The translations under genes and the position numbers were made by a program. The notes beneath the pieces are model-generated. The model was given only the letters and a program-made list of their open reading frames with translations. It was not told the origin of the DNA and ran no database searches. Positions 36,767-37,685 of a DNA stretch of 37,685 nt are shown here, piece by piece. The stretch comes from Patescibacteria group bacterium (GTDB taxonomy: Bacteria > Patescibacteriota > Minisyncoccia > 2-02-FULL-40-12 > GWA2-44-9), in NCBI GenBank assembly GCA_038056025.1, contig JBBUGO010000029.1, positions 1-37,685 of the forward strand. Direction: 5' to 3'. Numbering within the stretch: position 1 is the first letter of the stretch; each line of letters begins with the position of its first letter.

Positions 36767-37459
36767 GTGGCTACACAGCTCGTCCGTACAGACGTTTTCG
36801 TACCGCCCGTACCAGTGATGATGCCGGATGTCCAGAGGTACCTGGACCTCGCAGATGGAGCCCGGAAGAAGTTGGGCTATTCGGTCCTGGGACGGCAGAT
36901 TCAGGATGCCGTCGCTCGCCACCAGGAACAGCTTGAGGATGTCTATGCGCTGGAGAGGATCGCCAATGCGTTCCGATCCCTTAGCATCAAGAAGTTTACC
37001 CCTGATTCGGTTCAGCGGTTCAAGCAAGAGAAACTTGCTGATGCCAACCTCGGGATGTGCCTCACCGAGTCACTCTCGAAAACCCTCATCGTGATGTTCT
37101 TCGTGACGTGGGTCTTGGCCATGATCAGTGAGCAGATCAACTGGCGAGCCCCCGTATCCTTCTTGGTCGTGAGCATCTGCTGGTTCTTCGTTTCTCTCGA
37201 GCTGGACCTCAAGGAGTGGCAGTGGCAGCGTTATCACCTGAAGGGATACGGCAGGCGGATCCCGGAACGGGCCATTGCGAAAGCCCTTGCCCTTCAGGAA
37301 CTTCTTCCGGGGGCGAAGTTCTACGTTGACGAACTCGCAGTCCGCCAGAGGGAGATCGTCACCGTCGGAGATCCCTTCCTCGTCATGGAGTACGGAGGAT
37401 ACGTTCTCTATGTCGATGTTTGGGATGAGCCCGAGTTCGAGGGACGCTACGTAAGCTAA
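36767..37459 (+). CDS. Hypothetical protein with two central TM helices, 230 aa
   Basis: SD TAAGGAGG before GTG; two hydrophobic segments; C-terminal GDPFL...WDEPEF; own terminator. Confidence 0.85.
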   Translation: MATQLVRTDVFVPPVPVMMPDVQRYLDLADGARKKLGYSVLGRQIQDAVARHQEQLEDVYALERIANAFRSLSIKKFTPDSVQRFKQEKLADANLGMCLTESLSKTLIVMFFVTWVLAMISEQINWRAPVSFLVVSICWFFVSLELDLKEWQWQRYHLKGYGRRIPERAIAKALALQELLPGAKFYVDELAVRQREIVTVGDPFLVMEYGGYVLYVDVWDEPEFEGRYVS

Positions 37460-37476
37460 CGAGGAGAAAGCTGTTA

Positions 37477-37519
37477 AGGGCCCGGGTGTTGCGCAAGCGA
37501 CCCCGGGCTTTCTCTTTTT
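37477..37519 (+). terminator. Intrinsic terminator
   Basis: agggcccggg...cccgggcttt stem followed by ctcttttt. Confidence 0.75.
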
Positions 37520-37535
37520 AAAAATTAAACTGCCG

Positions 37536-37564
37536 TTGAAAAACCGGCATTTTCGTGGTAGAAT
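37536..37564 (+). promoter_or_regulatory. Sigma70 promoter for tRNA-Gln
   Basis: TTGAAA, 17-bp spacer, TAGAAT with TGn extension. Confidence 0.75.
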
Positions 37565-37578
37565 GCAACAGATTTGTA

Positions 37579-37601
37579 GCCCTTCGGCTACGGCTCAGAG
37601 C
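37579..37601 (-). repeat. Family A palindromic element in the tRNA-Gln leader
   Basis: gcccttcggctacggctcagagc, closely similar to the gatB copy. Confidence 0.7.
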
Positions 37602-37626
37602 AAAATCCTGACCGTGGCCATGATTT

Positions 37627-37685
37627 TGCGGGGTCATCTAACGGTAGGATAGTAGACTCTGAATCTACTCATCTTGGTTCGAATC
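37627..37685 (+). tRNA. tRNA-Gln(CTG), 3'-truncated by the window end
   Basis: TGCGGGGTCATCTAACGGTAGGAT, anticodon arm GTAGA-CTCTGAA-TCTAC, GGTTCGAATC. Confidence 0.92.

Overview
This is a chromosomal housekeeping region from a small-genome bacterium, very likely Patescibacteria/CPR (Parcubacteria-like). The assignment is an inference from the ThrS lacking its TGS domain, rplK not followed by rplA, the DUF4012 plus GT4 locus and housekeeping genes without Shine-Dalgarno (SD) sites. The genetic code is 11. Core genes in order: gyrB (5'-partial), secE-nusG-rplK, gatB, miaA, thrS, dnaE, rpmF-nusB-rnc-rpsP-tsaC, parA-parB, topA-dprA, tpiA-pgk-rnhA, rnpB, a surface-glycan cluster (sugar transferase, two GT4, DUF4012, murJ), lepA, ftsB-like, prfB and ftsEX, plus four tRNAs. 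Main unusual signals: (1) topA is broken by one in-frame TAA. (2) A short palindromic repeat family occurs between genes, in-frame inside gatB, and twice inside the RNase P RNA. (3) Orphan genes are scattered through the window, each with a strong SD and usually its own GC-rich terminator; they include a dCTP-deaminase-fold protein with substituted catalytic residues, a four-repeat Zn-finger protein at the tRNA-Leu 3' end and an unannotated 55-aa Zn-finger protein. (4) RF2 lacks its N-terminal domain. (5) Heptamer tandem repeats occur, one array translated inside rpsP. I found no integrase, transposase, CRISPR array or rRNA.
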